Positions 61,503-64,000 of a DNA stretch of 64,000 bases are shown piece by piece. The stretch's first letter is position 1; each line of letters starts with the position of its first letter. Made by a program: the position numbers and the translations under genes. The DNA is taken from the NCBI GenBank assembly GCA_963693365.1, contig CAVNZM010000001.1, forward strand, positions 1,938,907 through 2,002,906. Reading direction: 5' to 3'. The notes below the pieces were generated by a model. That model worked only from the letters and a program-made list of their open reading frames with translations, did not search any database and was not told the DNA's origin. This DNA is from Amoebidium appalachense. Taxonomy: Eukaryota > Protista > Ichthyosporea.

Positions 61503-64000
61503 TGTTAAATTCTATAAGTATTTAGGATGTAAGCAGAGACACAGTGGTGCAGTGTGAAAACACCACAGACACACACAACAACAAAACACGGAACGATCGG
61601 AGCAGTGTACACAACAGACATCAATGTTTAGACACGACTGAACTCAATTTATTTTGATCGCTAATAAATACCTGAAATTCCCTTAAGTTAAATCCATACA
61701 TGATTTCCGACCAGTCGGAAATCAGATCTATGTCTAAAATAACCAATCATAATTAACTGATTATTTCCCGGATAGATCCGGAGACGCGGGAACACACACC
61801 ATAGGTCACAGCTATAAGAAAGAAAAGAGGTGAAGAGTAACGAGGAAAGAGGTGGTGTTTCTAACCTATCATCGGCTACAAAGACTCAGACATTTTCTGA
61901 CTAAGTCCACTGATTGGATATAGTACGGCAACACACAAAACAAAAGTGGTTGACTAAGCTATGAATCATACCTGACAAGCTAAAGTGTAACCTAAGTGTT
62001 TTTCTACCAATCAAAACATAACGAGTAATATAAATCTACTCAACGTATATTAGTGAGAGAGAAATATAATTAAATGAAAGGAAACAAGAGAAGAAAGAAA
62101 GAGAAAAGAAAAGACGAAGAAAGAGGAAAAAGAAAAGAAAGCAGGACAGAAAACACGAACAGCAAAACACAGTTATAACCGAAGATATTCATGTACACAT
62201 AACATGTACACGTGTCTCCCTCACTGGGTAGACTCGTGTACCTATAATCAGTTGCTGTAATCGATATCTAAACACACGAATATAGCCGACACAACACGAT
62301 TACAAGTACTCAAATACACTGGAGATCGATGTCATAATTTACGTACAAGGAGCACATCTTTTTCATTAAGTAAATGAATGAAAACATAACACGAACTGAG
62401 AAGATCTTACAATATGTAAATACTACGTATTATAACATCCCCACTTAAGACTTTGAAGTTTGTGTTATCATATCCCCACTGAACTAGTGAAATCTCCCCA
62501 CTTGAGAACAGAAACGGAAAAAAAAAAATTAAAGTGTGTACTTTTCCGGGGGGGGGGGGGGGGGGAGAAGGGGGGGGGGGAGGGGGGGGGGAGAGGGGGG
62601 GGGGGGAAGGGGGGGGGGGAAGGGGGGGGGGGAGGGGGGGGGAAGGAACCGGGGCAAAAACAACGAATATATATAACGTGTATAGGCGGTGTTTGATTAA
62701 CTGGGTTTTAAACCAGTGAAAGATAGAGTAGAGTGATGGTACAGGTCAAACCTTATATATAAACCCTAAGTGGGCATACCCACAAAGGCAATACATATGA
62801 TATAATGATGTTGATAAAGTAAGTAGTACACATGAGAAAATCACTCTTGAAGTAGGTCGGGTCAATCCACAATATCCGGTAAACAAAGTCGAGCACGATG
62901 GTGGACATGACTCGGGCCGGGGAGGGGTTTGGTGAGTATGTCAGCTAAGTTGTGGGCTGACTCAACGTAGTGGACAACCACGTCCCCACTGGCAATGTAG
63001 TCCTTGGTGTTGTGATACCGGACGGCAATGTGTTTGGTACGGTGCTTGATGCCGGTGGAGTTGACGATGGCAATGGTCGACTGGTTGTCACAGTACACCG
63101 GAGTCGGAGCAAGCATGGGACAGCCGAGTTCCTTGAAGAGGTCACGGACCCAAGCAACTTCTTGGGTGCCAGCATTGAGAGCAATCAGCTCAGCTTCAGT
63201 GGTGCTGGTGGCCGTGATGGGCTGGAGCTTGGAGTACCAGATGACGGGCATACCAGCAAACACGATAATGTAGCCGGTGGTAGACTTCTTGCTGTCGGCA
63301 CAACCAGCAAAGTCAGCATCCGTGTAGCATTCGAGTATGGGGGACTGGGTGGCCGAGTACTTGTAGTCAATGCCAAGGTCAATGGTGCCGAGCAGGTACC
63401 GGGCCACACGACGGAGAAGGTCCCAGTGAGTCTTGCCGGGGTTGGTGCTGAACCGACCAAGGAAGCCGATGGCATAGGCAATGTCGGGACGTGTGCACCG
63501 TGCCACCCAGAGGAGACGGCCGAGTAACTCACGGTAGGGCACGGTGAACGGTTGGGGGGGGCAATCAGCCAGGGAGACGGTGGTGCCTGCAGGGATGGGG
63601 GTAGACTTGGACTTGGCATCGGTGAGGTTGAAGTCGTGGATGATATCCATGATGTAAGACCTCTGGTGCATGTGGAGGTGATGGGGATCAGAGTGATTAA
63701 AATCAACACCGAGCATACGGTCAAATGGACTCATACGACAGCTGGCCATCTTGCTGATGTGGGCAGCCAGGTCACTGGCAGCAGTAGAACCCCGGGTGTT
63801 GGTGATGGTGGAGTCATCGACGTAGTTACCAGCCCGTACCACATCGTTGTTGGGGAAGAACCGGAGGTAGATGCACGGGTCGTTCTTAGTACGGGTCAGG
63901 CCATGGGCAAGAAGAATGCCGTCGAGGAAGTCGTACCAAGCCTTGGAGGCTTGCTTGAGGCCGTACAGGGCTTTCTTGAGTCTCCAGACCTTGCCAAGTG
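61503..64000 (-). mobile_element. Copia-A copy 4: RT/RNase H (stop at 62862), 3' UTR and LTR1c (61503-62437)
   Basis: ORF 62862-63842; triple PPT; internal sequence is essentially the reverse complement of 1041-2611. Confidence 0.95.

Overview
Eukaryotic, almost entirely transposon-derived window: a deeply nested cluster of at least four Ty1/copia families (named here A-D) and several solo LTRs with 5-bp TSDs. It also holds two APE+RT LINE families (one apparently intact 4.87-kb copy with a 9-bp TSD), a tRNA-headed SINE, an internally deleted piggyBac-like element, long poly-G/C and microsatellite tracts, and one plausible host gene (a two-exon GNAT acetyltransferase). The most striking item is a 1,029-bp tandem TRIM (LTR-81 bp-LTR-81 bp-LTR, 5-bp TSD) whose 289-bp LTR carries a complete tRNA cloverleaf with a Pol III terminator, a tRNA counterpart of 5S-carrying Cassandra. 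Second, copia families B and D have discontinuous primer-binding sites that match the 5' half of initiator tRNA-Met but mismatch exactly at the anticodon, with a further tRNA-complementary box in U5. Family names are my own labels. All calls were made by eye, no database searches were run, and boundaries may be off by a few bases.
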